Source: an uncultured virus (IMG/VR IMGVR_UViG_2061766007_000970) (taxonomy: Duplodnaviria > Heunggongvirae > Uroviricota > Caudoviricetes). From it: a stretch of 33,331 bases of DNA. The notes beneath the pieces are model-generated. The model was not told the DNA's origin and did no database searches. It saw only the letters and a program-made list of their open reading frames with translations. Position numbers and translations under genes: made by a program. Of the stretch, positions 17,510 to 25,233 are shown piece by piece; the stretch's first letter is position 1; every line of letters begins with the position of its first letter. The DNA lies in the IMG/VR virus record IMGVR_UViG_2061766007_000970; one strand, given 5' to 3'.

Positions 17510-18379
17510 ATGCCGGGATTTATCGTTAGGAATTATTCCGGAAGGACCGTGGCTACTGGAGGAACCGTGAGAGTTTACGGTTCCGGTTTTTCCGCTTCTA
17601 CGAAGGCGTGGATAGGCGAATCGGAAGCTGTTGTTAATGATTATGAAGACGGTGTAATTGAAGTTTCGGCCGGACCTAATCCAGGCGATTATTCCCTTTA
17701 TTTGGGGGAGTCATCGTTAGACAAGATTTCGGTCGGTGAGATAACTGTCGTTGGAGACGTGTCTGACTTGCATCTGTATAAACCTGCAGAGCATTCCAGG
17801 AGTTCCGTATGCGAAATGCTGCTTGGGCTGTTGCCGCGAGGTTTCGCTTGGTACAAGGGTCGTGATGGTATCTTTTATAAGCTGATGAACGGTATTGCGT
17901 ATGCTGTTGCTGAATTGTATCGGCTTGTACGCTCGTTTCGTATTAATGTGTCTCCGTCGCATACGCCGTCATTGGATGAGTGGGAATCTGAATTGCAGTC
18001 GGGTATTGACTTGTCCGGCACTGATGCCGAGGTTGCAAAAAAAAGGCTCCTGAGAATATATTGGAAGGCTTGTCGGCGCGGTGGTTGTACTATACCGTAT
18101 TTCAAGAGCGTTATCGCTCTTTTTGGGCTTGATGCGGAAATTTACGAATACTGGAAAAATCCGGAAAAATTTTCTGATGTCGAGTTTGGCGACGACGATC
18201 CTAATTTCTACTGGATGGTCGAACTGGCAGCCGCAGAAGACGATTGGCATTATTGCACTTGCAACGATACGTGCAACGACTATCTGCAGTGGTGGTGGAA
18301 TGTACCTGTTGAATCAATGATACAACTGATTAAGCCGGCGCATACGAAGCTGGTCTTCGGTTACGCTGTGTCAGATTGA
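17510..18379 (+). CDS. Mu gp48/YmfQ (DUF2313)-like baseplate protein with N-terminal IPT/TIG-like domain
   Basis: LLPRGFAW, LDEWE, GGCTIPYF and IKPAHT motifs. An extra N-terminal region of about 85 aa carries GGTVRVYGSGF. Confidence 0.85.
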   Translation: MPGFIVRNYSGRTVATGGTVRVYGSGFSASTKAWIGESEAVVNDYEDGVIEVSAGPNPGDYSLYLGESSLDKISVGEITVVGDVSDLHLYKPAEHSRSSVCEMLLGLLPRGFAWYKGRDGIFYKLMNGIAYAVAELYRLVRSFRINVSPSHTPSLDEWESELQSGIDLSGTDAEVAKKRLLRIYWKACRRGGCTIPYFKSVIALFGLDAEIYEYWKNPEKFSDVEFGDDDPNFYWMVELAAAEDDWHYCTCNDTCNDYLQWWWNVPVESMIQLIKPAHTKLVFGYAVSD

Positions 18380-18389
18380 TGGAGGATTT

Positions 18390-19211
18390 ATGAAGAGAAT
18401 TAATACGCCGACAGCATCCAGCGGTAAATTCGTGGACGGAAATCCGTCTATCGGCCGCAAGGCTACGCAGTTCAACGCGGAATGGTGCAATAATGTCCAG
18501 GAAGAGCTGTGCAATGCTATCAAGGCGATTACCGGTAACGATCCGACGGGTGCTGTCTCGATGGATGAACTTGGAGCTGCGCTTGCTGCAAGTCTTTTTA
18601 AAGTATCTGTTGATATTGGGGATAATCCGGGCCATTTGCTCGCTAAGTTTCCGTCAGAAAATTATTCAGGAGCTCGGGAAATATATTTTGTTGTTCGGCA
18701 AACTCAAGGCGGCAAGATGCTGTTTCCTGTCATTGGTGATGGTGTAGTTGCTCGTGAAAAAATTGCTCCTGGTGCCGTGGGCGAAAATGAACTTGCTGAT
18801 AGGTCTGTCTTGCCGAATCATGTTGAGGCTGGCGCAATCCTTGGAAAGCATTTATCTGCTTCGGTAGTTTCGGCGGTTGTTGCTCCTAGTGCGGCGAGCC
18901 AAACTACTAAAACTAAGGTAGCTGATTTGCATTCTGCTGATGTAAGTGGTCTTGTCGATATTACTGTGGTTGCGGCTTACGATGGAAGCGGATTTAATCC
19001 AAGTCAGGTGTCGTTTACGATAGAAGATGGATCTGGTAATGTTTTGTCGACATGGGATGTTAATGGTGGTGGGGCTTTTTCTGGATCTTTTAGTAAAAGA
19101 ATGGTTGGAAAAGCTTTGGCTTCTGGGATGCTGGTGCTGTACATGAACCATCCGTCAATTGTTACGGGATGGACCCCGACGGTATCTATCGATGGTCTTG
19201 TGTATGCTTGA
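18390..19211 (+). CDS. Proximal tail fibre, Mu gp49-like N-terminus
   Basis: MKRINTPTA...FVDGNP...ATQFNAEWCNNVQEELCNAI anchor; GxV-type 10-residue fibre repeats. Confidence 0.85.
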   Translation: MKRINTPTASSGKFVDGNPSIGRKATQFNAEWCNNVQEELCNAIKAITGNDPTGAVSMDELGAALAASLFKVSVDIGDNPGHLLAKFPSENYSGAREIYFVVRQTQGGKMLFPVIGDGVVAREKIAPGAVGENELADRSVLPNHVEAGAILGKHLSASVVSAVVAPSAASQTTKTKVADLHSADVSGLVDITVVAAYDGSGFNPSQVSFTIEDGSGNVLSTWDVNGGGAFSGSFSKRMVGKALASGMLVLYMNHPSIVTGWTPTVSIDGLVYA

Positions 19212-19225
19212 TTGGTGAGCGCGGT

Positions 19226-19510
19226 ATGGATAGGCAGCAAAAATGGATGGACTACTTGAAGCCGGTTGTTGTGGGGCTTGTCGCACTGATGTCGGCGGCG
19301 ACGTTCTATTTGCAGCGTCACGACAGCGGCGATGTCGATACGCGTGTGGCGGCGCTCGAAGTCCAGATGACTGCCAACAACAAGCATGATGACACTCAGG
19401 ACCTGCATATCGAAAAGTTCGACGGTTACTTTGACAATTTTAGGGTCCTGTTGTCTGATGTCCGGTCTGATGTGGCTTTTATCCGTGGTAAGATGGAGGC
19501 GTCCAAGTGA
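19226..19510 (+). CDS. Single-TM coiled-coil protein, possible holin-like lysis protein
   Basis: N-terminal TM segment (VVVGLVALMSAATFYL) followed by a heptad coil ending DVAFIRGKME. Confidence 0.45.
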   Translation: MDRQQKWMDYLKPVVVGLVALMSAATFYLQRHDSGDVDTRVAALEVQMTANNKHDDTQDLHIEKFDGYFDNFRVLLSDVRSDVAFIRGKMEASK

Positions 19511-19516
19511 GTTACG

Positions 19517-19856
19517 ATGCCATCCTTGCCGAGCTTGTCGATGGGCTCCAGGCTGCCGGCCGCGAAAACTTCAATGCGGCCGANNNNNNNNNNNNNNNNN
19601 NNNNNNNNNNNNNNNNNNNNNNNNNNNNNNNNGCACGGCGACGGTCGCGGAAATAAACGCGATGCAGGACATGGAAGACGGCGATACGTGGGCCGTGACT
19701 GACGCCGGCACGATTACCAATTCGGACGAGACGACGGTGGAGGTGACGGCTGGCGACCTTGTCAGGTGGGACGGAGAGCGATGGGTGCGGTTCTTGCACA
19801 TCGACCTTACCGGATATGTGACGGATGCCGAATTAGCCGCTGCAATAGCGGCTGTC
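19517..19856 (+). CDS. Fibre-like structural protein, 5' part (gapped)
   Basis: MPSLPSLSMG start. After the gap it reads GDTWAVTDAG...AGDLVRWDGERW...IDLTGYVT, a common phage fibre module. Confidence 0.6.
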
Positions 19857-19866
19857 NNNNNNNNNN

Positions 19867-20379
19867 GCCGGTAACTTACTACTGAAAGAACTGGCAAACG
19901 GAAGGACGAACTCCCCGAACTCCGATAAGAGCATCATCTACACTTTCAACGGAGGGACGGATTACTTCTTCAACGGCAAGGCGTCTACGGCAGGCACTGC
20001 CGACGCTCTGGCCGACGATTCCGCCTATGTCCACAAGAGCGGATCCGAGACCATCTCCGGGACCAAGAAATTCACCGCAGCGGAGGTGAACTCCGACTCT
20101 TCCTCCGGCACGTACAGCGGCTTCTTTGTCAAGCGCACTGCCGCGGACAACGGCAACAAAGTGTACAGGATTTCCCTCGAGGTCGCTAACTCCGGTTCTA
20201 GGGGCGTATACGACTACGGTGGAAACGACTACGACGGAGACGAGACTTGGATTATACGCAAGACGAAGGATGGTGACATCAAAGTGGGCGAGTCCACCGA
20301 CAAGGTCTACATCTCCGACAAGTGCTTCGACTTCAGCGGGACGATCGGAAGCGACGCGAACACCTTCTACTTGGGGTAG
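19867..20379 (+). CDS. Tail-fibre C-terminal fragment
   Basis: Open from the gap: AGNLLLKELANG...YVHKSGSETISGTKKFT...GTIGSDANTFYLG*. Confidence 0.7.
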   Translation, partial: AGNLLLKELANGRTNSPNSDKSIIYTFNGGTDYFFNGKASTAGTADALADDSAYVHKSGSETISGTKKFTAAEVNSDSSSGTYSGFFVKRTAADNGNKVYRISLEVANSGSRGVYDYGGNDYDGDETWIIRKTKDGDIKVGESTDKVYISDKCFDFSGTIGSDANTFYLG

Positions 20380-20818
20380 CCATCATGCCGAAGGTTAACG
20401 GGTTTGACGCCATAATGACGAGGCACATCACCGCCGACAGGGTTTTCTGCATCATCGGACGGAACGGGACGCGTTTCCTCCAGCCGGGGCGTTCGCTAGG
20501 GCTTTCTGCCGTTGCTATTGGGACGTGTCTGCGCAGTGAACACTACGTACCGTTCAAGGTAAAAAAGATAAGTGGGACTCTTGGTTACGAGTGCAACGAG
20601 AACTACAGCGTGTTCCGTGTGGGTCACCACGGACAATGGTGGCTTGGACAGGATTCCGACACTTCAGATTATGGTTTAGCGACATCCATGATGACGAACT
20701 TTCCCAACGACGATAACGACGAGTTATGGCTGTTCCCGAAACGAACGTCGTCTGTATNNNNNNNNNNACCGGTAACTTACTACTGAAAGAACTGGCAAAC
20801 GGAAGGACGAACTCCCCG
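19868..20818 (+). repeat. 50-bp identical direct repeat (19868-19917 and 20769-20818), both copies next to N gaps
   Basis: ccggtaacttactactgaaagaactggcaaacggaaggacgaactccccg occurs twice. Confidence 0.9.
20385..20757 (+). CDS. Hypothetical protein, possibly receptor-binding (3' end lost in gap)
   Basis: ATG 5 nt after the preceding stop; MPKVNGFDAI... open to the gap. Confidence 0.5.
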
Positions 20819-20828
20819 NNNNNNNNNN

Positions 20829-21107
20829 ACCGACAATCCGCACCAGGTTACAGCTGCCCAGGTAGGGGCCGCGACGCCGTCTTATGTCGATACGGCCGTT
20901 GGCGCTGAAGCGACTATTCGTGGAAATGCTGACGACGCCCTGCAGCAACAGATTGACGCCAACCGCATCGATGTGGACGAAAATCTTGATTCGTCGAGCA
21001 CGAATCCTGTCGAAAACAGGGCTGTCGCTGGAGCTCTTGATGGCAAGCAGGATCAGCTGACAGAGATGACCGACCAGGAAGTAAACGATTTAATCAACTC
21101 TTTGTGA
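20829..21107 (+). CDS. Fibre protein C-terminal fragment ending in EMTDQEVNDLINSL
   Basis: Manual translation: TDNPHQVTAAQVGA...LDSSSTNPVENRAV...KQDQLTEMTDQEVNDLINSL*. Not listed in the ORF track. May be the 3' end of the gene starting at 19517. Confidence 0.75.
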   Translation, partial: TDNPHQVTAAQVGAATPSYVDTAVGAEATIRGNADDALQQQIDANRIDVDENLDSSSTNPVENRAVAGALDGKQDQLTEMTDQEVNDLINSL

Positions 21108-21117
21108 GGATAACCAG

Positions 21118-22500
21118 ATGGCATTACCGACCTCGACAAATAACGTGACAGTTCGAAAGCTGTCTTCCACGCTCCAGGGAATCTGGAGCAAAATCACGAC
21201 CGCGCTTTCTGGCAAAGCCGACAAGGTTTCCGGAGCGACGAACAACAATTTTGCGGCGCTCGATTCCAATGGAAATCTCAAGGATTCCGGCCACAAGCAT
21301 TCGGATTACGCCTCGTCGACGCAAGGATCCAAGGCGGATTCTGCTATCCAGGGAGTGAAGGTCAACGGATCCGCATTGACTCCCGACTCGAATAATGTCG
21401 TGGACGTGACTAAGTCGGGACTTGGCCTTGGCAACGTGACCAACGACGCCCAGGTGAAACGTTCCGAAATGGGTGTGGCGAATGGTGTGGCCACTCTTGG
21501 CAGTGACGGTAAGGTTCCTTCCGCGCAGCTTCCGTCGTTTGTCGACGACGTTATCGAAGGCTATTACTACAACTCCAAGTTTTACCGCGATTCCGAACAT
21601 ACGGAGGAGATCACGCCGGCGGCAGGCATTATCTATGTCGACTTGCCGACAAACAAGACGTACCGTTGGGGCGGAACGGCCTATGTCGTCATATCTGACA
21701 CGTTGGCGCTCGGTGAAACGAGCTCGACGGCCTACCGTGGCGACCGAGGCAAGGCTGCGTATGACCATAGCCAGCTGACGAGCGGCAACCCGCACAACGT
21801 CACCAAGGACGACGTCGGCCTCGGAAATGTGGCCAATACCGGTGACAGCGATACTCCAGTAAGCGGCGGGACGAACAAGTTTACGACCGGCGGTGCCTAC
21901 ACTGAACTCAACAAGAAGGCGGACAAGGTTTCCGGAGCGACGAACGACAATTTTGCGGCGCTCGATGCCAACGGCAACCTCAAGGACTCCGGCAAGAAAG
22001 CTTCCGATTTTGCAGACTCGTCGCATACCCACACGACCGTAATCGCGACCGACAGTGGAACTCCTGCTGTGACGCTGGCCGCTAATACGACATACGCACT
22101 TACTGCGGGCGGGACGACTGTTATTTTTAAGACGCCTCCCGACAACAATACGACGTACACGAATCCGAAGCTTGGGCACGGGTATGCGTCGTCGACAGCC
22201 GGCACGCCCCCGGCATTCACGGCCGCAATTTCGAATTATACTTTGAACGGCGGCAATGGCGGTATCATTGCCATCAAATTCTCTGCCAATGTCCCTGCGA
22301 ACGCGACGCTCAATGTGAATAGCACGGGGGCAAAGGATATCTATTGGAAGGGTGCGAAAATTACTGCCGGAGTCATCCAGCAGAACGATACCGCTGTAAT
22401 GCAGTATGACGGTGCAAGGTATCAGCTTCTTGGCACTGACCGCAGTGTCCAGGAAATGACCGACCAGGAAGTGACCGATCTCATCGATGCGTTGACTTAG
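21118..22500 (+). CDS. Tail fibre segment protein, 460 aa
   Basis: GLGNVTND, NGVATLGSDGKVPSAQLPS, ALGETSSTAYRGDRGK and NPHNVTK motifs; internal repeat; ends EMTDQEVTDLIDALT. Confidence 0.85.
   Translation: MALPTSTNNVTVRKLSSTLQGIWSKITTALSGKADKVSGATNNNFAALDSNGNLKDSGHKHSDYASSTQGSKADSAIQGVKVNGSALTPDSNNVVDVTKSGLGLGNVTNDAQVKRSEMGVANGVATLGSDGKVPSAQLPSFVDDVIEGYYYNSKFYRDSEHTEEITPAAGIIYVDLPTNKTYRWGGTAYVVISDTLALGETSSTAYRGDRGKAAYDHSQLTSGNPHNVTKDDVGLGNVANTGDSDTPVSGGTNKFTTGGAYTELNKKADKVSGATNDNFAALDANGNLKDSGKKASDFADSSHTHTTVIATDSGTPAVTLAANTTYALTAGGTTVIFKTPPDNNTTYTNPKLGHGYASSTAGTPPAFTAAISNYTLNGGNGGIIAIKFSANVPANATLNVNSTGAKDIYWKGAKITAGVIQQNDTAVMQYDGARYQLLGTDRSVQEMTDQEVTDLIDALT
21214..21993 (+). repeat. In-frame repeat of about 78 bp (21214-21291 and 21916-21993), 702 nt apart
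   Basis: KADKVSGATN(N/D)NFAALD(S/A)NGNLKDSG occurs twice, with 24-nt and 20-nt identical DNA runs. Confidence 0.9.
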
Positions 22501-22509
22501 GAGCTGTGC

Positions 22510-24555
22510 ATGGCTGCACCTACATCGACTAATGAAGTGACCGCGAGGAAGCTTTCGTCTTCCATCAGTGCCTTGTGGACGAAGATCAAGTCCACGTTCC
22601 AGCCCGTGGCCGACAGGGTCACGAGCATCCGCGCCGCGTCCTCCGCTACTGACAACAACTATCCCACCGAGAAGGCCGTGAGGACGGAGCTGGACAAAAA
22701 GGTCCCGATATATAATGAAGGCTCTGAAGTTCCATCATCGCAAGACTTGGTGTGCTTGCGAATAAAGTGCCCTTATGTAAGTGGTGTAAACAAGTCTCAA
22801 GTCCTTCTATACGACATTACAAGTTTTGCAGATGGAACCATAGTCAATAACGACGGGGCATACGTTACATTTAAAGGTTTCCTCATTGGCGGCAAACCGA
22901 CAGGTTCTGGTGACGCAATATGTGTAAAAATATGTGCGAAAGTTGCGTATACGCAGATTTCTGGCTCCGCTAGTATTCGGACATTGAAGTCTGACTCTAG
23001 TATATGTGGACCGGAAATAATAAAGCGGACTGAAGATGGGGTCGACAAATATTACTTGTCAATTTTTTATGAAAGCACATTATATCAAGGCAACGACGTC
23101 CTTGTTGGTAGTTTTAGATGGCGGGCTCCGAATGGAATAAGTGACTATTCGTACAAAAATGGCGTAATAGGAGAATACCGTCCAAATCAAACATATCCAG
23201 CAAACGAGCCTTTTTGGGATAGACTAATTTCATTCACATCAAATGTCGCGGCTAACACATCCGCATCTGCGGATAAGTTGTCGTCTTCCCGAAAATTAAA
23301 GACCAACCTCGCTAGGACGGCAGATTCCACGTTTGACGGATCTGCGGACCAGACGAATATTCCAGTGACTGGAACATTGCCCGTCGCCAACGGCGGCACG
23401 GGTGCGACCACTGCAATCGGTGCGGAGTACAACATCCTCAACCAAGTTGCCGACATTGAAACGACACTCAATGTGGACAGAAAAATTGCCCTATGCAACC
23501 AGACGAAATCCGCTTCAAACGGCGTATTCCGCTGGATAAAGTTGAGTAACGTTTGGACGCTGTTCAAGGGGCTCCTTTCTTCCGAAAGCGGCGTGAATAT
23601 TTCCGGCACTGCATCTGGATTGTCCTCCACGCTTGACGTTGGCAGCGGAGGAACAGGCAGGACCTCGGTCACGTCGGGCAATTACGTGGTGGGCGCCGGG
23701 ACTTCCGCGCTCGTGGAGAAGACCCCGAAGGAGGTCGGCTCCAACGTGCTCTCCAGCCTCGACGACAAGAGCAACGCATCCAGCTACGCCAACTTCGTTG
23801 ACGGCGATTTCGTTGTCGGTTCCGACCATGTGGACGCATCAACTATCAGCGCATCCACGTTCGTGCGCCGCACCGCTCTGAATCTCTGGAACTACATCAA
23901 GTCCAAGCTCTCCGGCTCCGACGTGAACATCGGTGGCAACGCCGCCACGGCCACGAAGGCCACGCAGGATTCCGACGGCAGCGCCATCAACACGACCTAC
24001 AAGAAGCTCGCTGAATCGAGCAAGTTCACCAAGCCGCAGTGGATTGACGACAATACTAGGACATCGTACATCGACTTGAGGATAGGCAATTCATTCAAGT
24101 CGCTCTCCATCGGTATTAGTAGCNNNNNNNNNNGGCTTCCTGCCGAGTCGGCCGTACATTCGGACTTGTATTTGGAAGATGGCTGGACACGAGGTGTCGA
24201 GGCAACGGGATGCTATGACTGGGGCGTTACGGTGTGCATCCACAGCAATGACCTTCAAGTAGCAGATGCTATGGCGACTAACATGCGCGGGGTGTATGTC
24301 CCGTTCTTCGAGGGGAACGGTTCAGCGAGGCTGCTTTCGTTGAATATGAAGAAGAGAATCACCGCGGCGGGTAGCTCTTCCGTCAAGTTCGGTGACTTGA
24401 TGGTGTGGGCTGGTACGTACAGGGCGACCAACGGGACGCAATGGATAGGCGATCCGGTGCTTCGTATCCACGACGGGTCGTCTATGATTCGCAATAGTTA
24501 CAACGACTCGTCCGAACTGCGCGTTGAGACGGTGGTCCAGATCCGTGGGACGTAA
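22510..24555 (+). CDS. Distal tail fibre/receptor-binding protein (joined across the gap at 24124-24133)
   Basis: YPTEKAV, FDGSAD, LPVANGGTGAT and GNAATATKAT motifs. Continuity across the gap is uncertain. Confidence 0.8.
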   Translation: MAAPTSTNEVTARKLSSSISALWTKIKSTFQPVADRVTSIRAASSATDNNYPTEKAVRTELDKKVPIYNEGSEVPSSQDLVCLRIKCPYVSGVNKSQVLLYDITSFADGTIVNNDGAYVTFKGFLIGGKPTGSGDAICVKICAKVAYTQISGSASIRTLKSDSSICGPEIIKRTEDGVDKYYLSIFYESTLYQGNDVLVGSFRWRAPNGISDYSYKNGVIGEYRPNQTYPANEPFWDRLISFTSNVAANTSASADKLSSSRKLKTNLARTADSTFDGSADQTNIPVTGTLPVANGGTGATTAIGAEYNILNQVADIETTLNVDRKIALCNQTKSASNGVFRWIKLSNVWTLFKGLLSSESGVNISGTASGLSSTLDVGSGGTGRTSVTSGNYVVGAGTSALVEKTPKEVGSNVLSSLDDKSNASSYANFVDGDFVVGSDHVDASTISASTFVRRTALNLWNYIKSKLSGSDVNIGGNAATATKATQDSDGSAINTTYKKLAESSKFTKPQWIDDNTRTSYIDLRIGNSFKSLSIGISSXXXXLPAESAVHSDLYLEDGWTRGVEATGCYDWGVTVCIHSNDLQVADAMATNMRGVYVPFFEGNGSARLLSLNMKKRITAAGSSSVKFGDLMVWAGTYRATNGTQWIGDPVLRIHDGSSMIRNSYNDSSELRVETVVQIRGT

Positions 24556-24619
24556 AAAATTTAAAAGGAACGTGTACAAACTAAATTTATAAGAATTTTT
24601 CGAAATCGCCATTAGGCGA

Positions 24620-24696
24620 GACTATCTCCGTAGATTTGAGAATGCCGCACGGGAATCCGTGCGGTTTTTTGTTTTCCAAACCAAAAGGAGATAGTT
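24620..24696 (+). promoter_or_regulatory. Structured leader: anti-SD, terminator-like hairpin with U tract, SD
   Basis: ACTATCTCC (24621-29) pairs with GGAGATAGT (24687-95). Inner hairpin GCCGCACGG-GAAT-CCGTGCGGT is followed by a T run. Confidence 0.6.
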
Positions 24697-24697
24697 C

Positions 24698-24838
24698 ATG
24701 GCTACTTACGAAAACAACGATTACGCCTCCAAGGGCGTTGGAACTGCCGGCCTCACGCTCGGCGTCATCGGCACGGCGCTTGCCAGCGGCGTGCTCAACG
24801 GCAACGGTCTCGGTGGCCTCTTCGGCAACCAGAATCCG
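24698..24838 (+). CDS. Gly-rich hydrophobic phage protein, 5' part (MATYENNDYASKGVGTAGLTLG...)
   Basis: Strong SD; truncated by a gap. A second copy of the 5' end starts at 25174. Confidence 0.7.
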
Positions 24839-24853
24839 NNNNNNNNNNTAAAT

Positions 24854-25054
24854 ATGAAAAAAATATCTGATAAACAAAATTTAATTAATCAGCTTGATGC
24901 TGTGCAATCGATGCTGATTGGCGAGAAACGTGCTGAAGTTAAATTGCTTGTCGAAGGTATGTTCTGTTTGCAATCGATGATTAATTCCTGGCTTGTAAAA
25001 TCTGTTTGCCGGAAAAAAGTGTTTGGAATTTTGCAAAAGGAAAAAGATGGCTGA
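24854..25054 (+). CDS. Hypothetical protein, AT-rich, about 66 aa
   Basis: MKKISDKQNL... open frame after a gap; no recognised motif. Confidence 0.3.
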   Translation: MKKISDKQNLINQLDAVQSMLIGEKRAEVKLLVEGMFCLQSMINSWLVKSVCRKKVFGILQKEKDG

Positions 25055-25097
25055 TAACTAAATTTACACCAATTTTCCCAAAAACACATTTGGCTTT

Positions 25098-25169
25098 GAT
25101 CTCCTTTTAGGTTTGTGAATGGCCGTCAGGAAACTCCTGGCGGTCTTTCATTTTGCCAAAAAGGAGATT
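25098..25169 (+). promoter_or_regulatory. Second, diverged copy of the anti-SD/hairpin/SD leader
   Basis: GATCTCCTTTT pairs with AAAAGGAGATT; inner hairpin GGCCGTCAGGA-AAC-TCCTGGCGGTC. Confidence 0.6.
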
Positions 25170-25173
25170 CTCA

Positions 25174-25223
25174 ATGGCTACTTACGAAAACAACGATTAC
25201 GCCTCCAAGGGCGTTGGAACTGC
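25174..25223 (+). CDS. Second copy of the MATYENNDYASKGVGT 5' end (truncated by gap)
   Basis: 50 nt identical to 24698-24747. Confidence 0.65.
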
Positions 25224-25233
25224 NNNNNNNNNN

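Larger units (their letters stand above)
1..25223 (+). mobile_element. (Pro)phage structural region: lambda-like head plus Mu-like contractile tail
   Basis: Contiguous, co-oriented terminase-portal-protease-capsid-sheath-tube-TMP-baseplate-fibre genes. The left end lies outside the window and the right end falls in an N gap. No integrase or att site is visible. Confidence 0.93.

Noticed and set aside
8614..19211. Possible tailocin or extracellular contractile injection system
   Set aside because: Terminase, portal, protease and capsid genes are present and intact, so this is a complete phage module.
19517..24555. Diversity-generating retroelement or invertase shufflon in the fibre region
   Set aside because: No reverse transcriptase or recombinase gene, no adenine-specific TR/VR pair and no inverted cassettes were seen in the window.
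24322..25089. Minus-strand ORFs 24322-24612 and 24889-25089 that could use the anti-SD sequences as their own SD
   Set aside because: SD-to-start spacing is long, the two ORFs are not similar to each other, and both overlap plus-strand ORFs. Not fully excluded.
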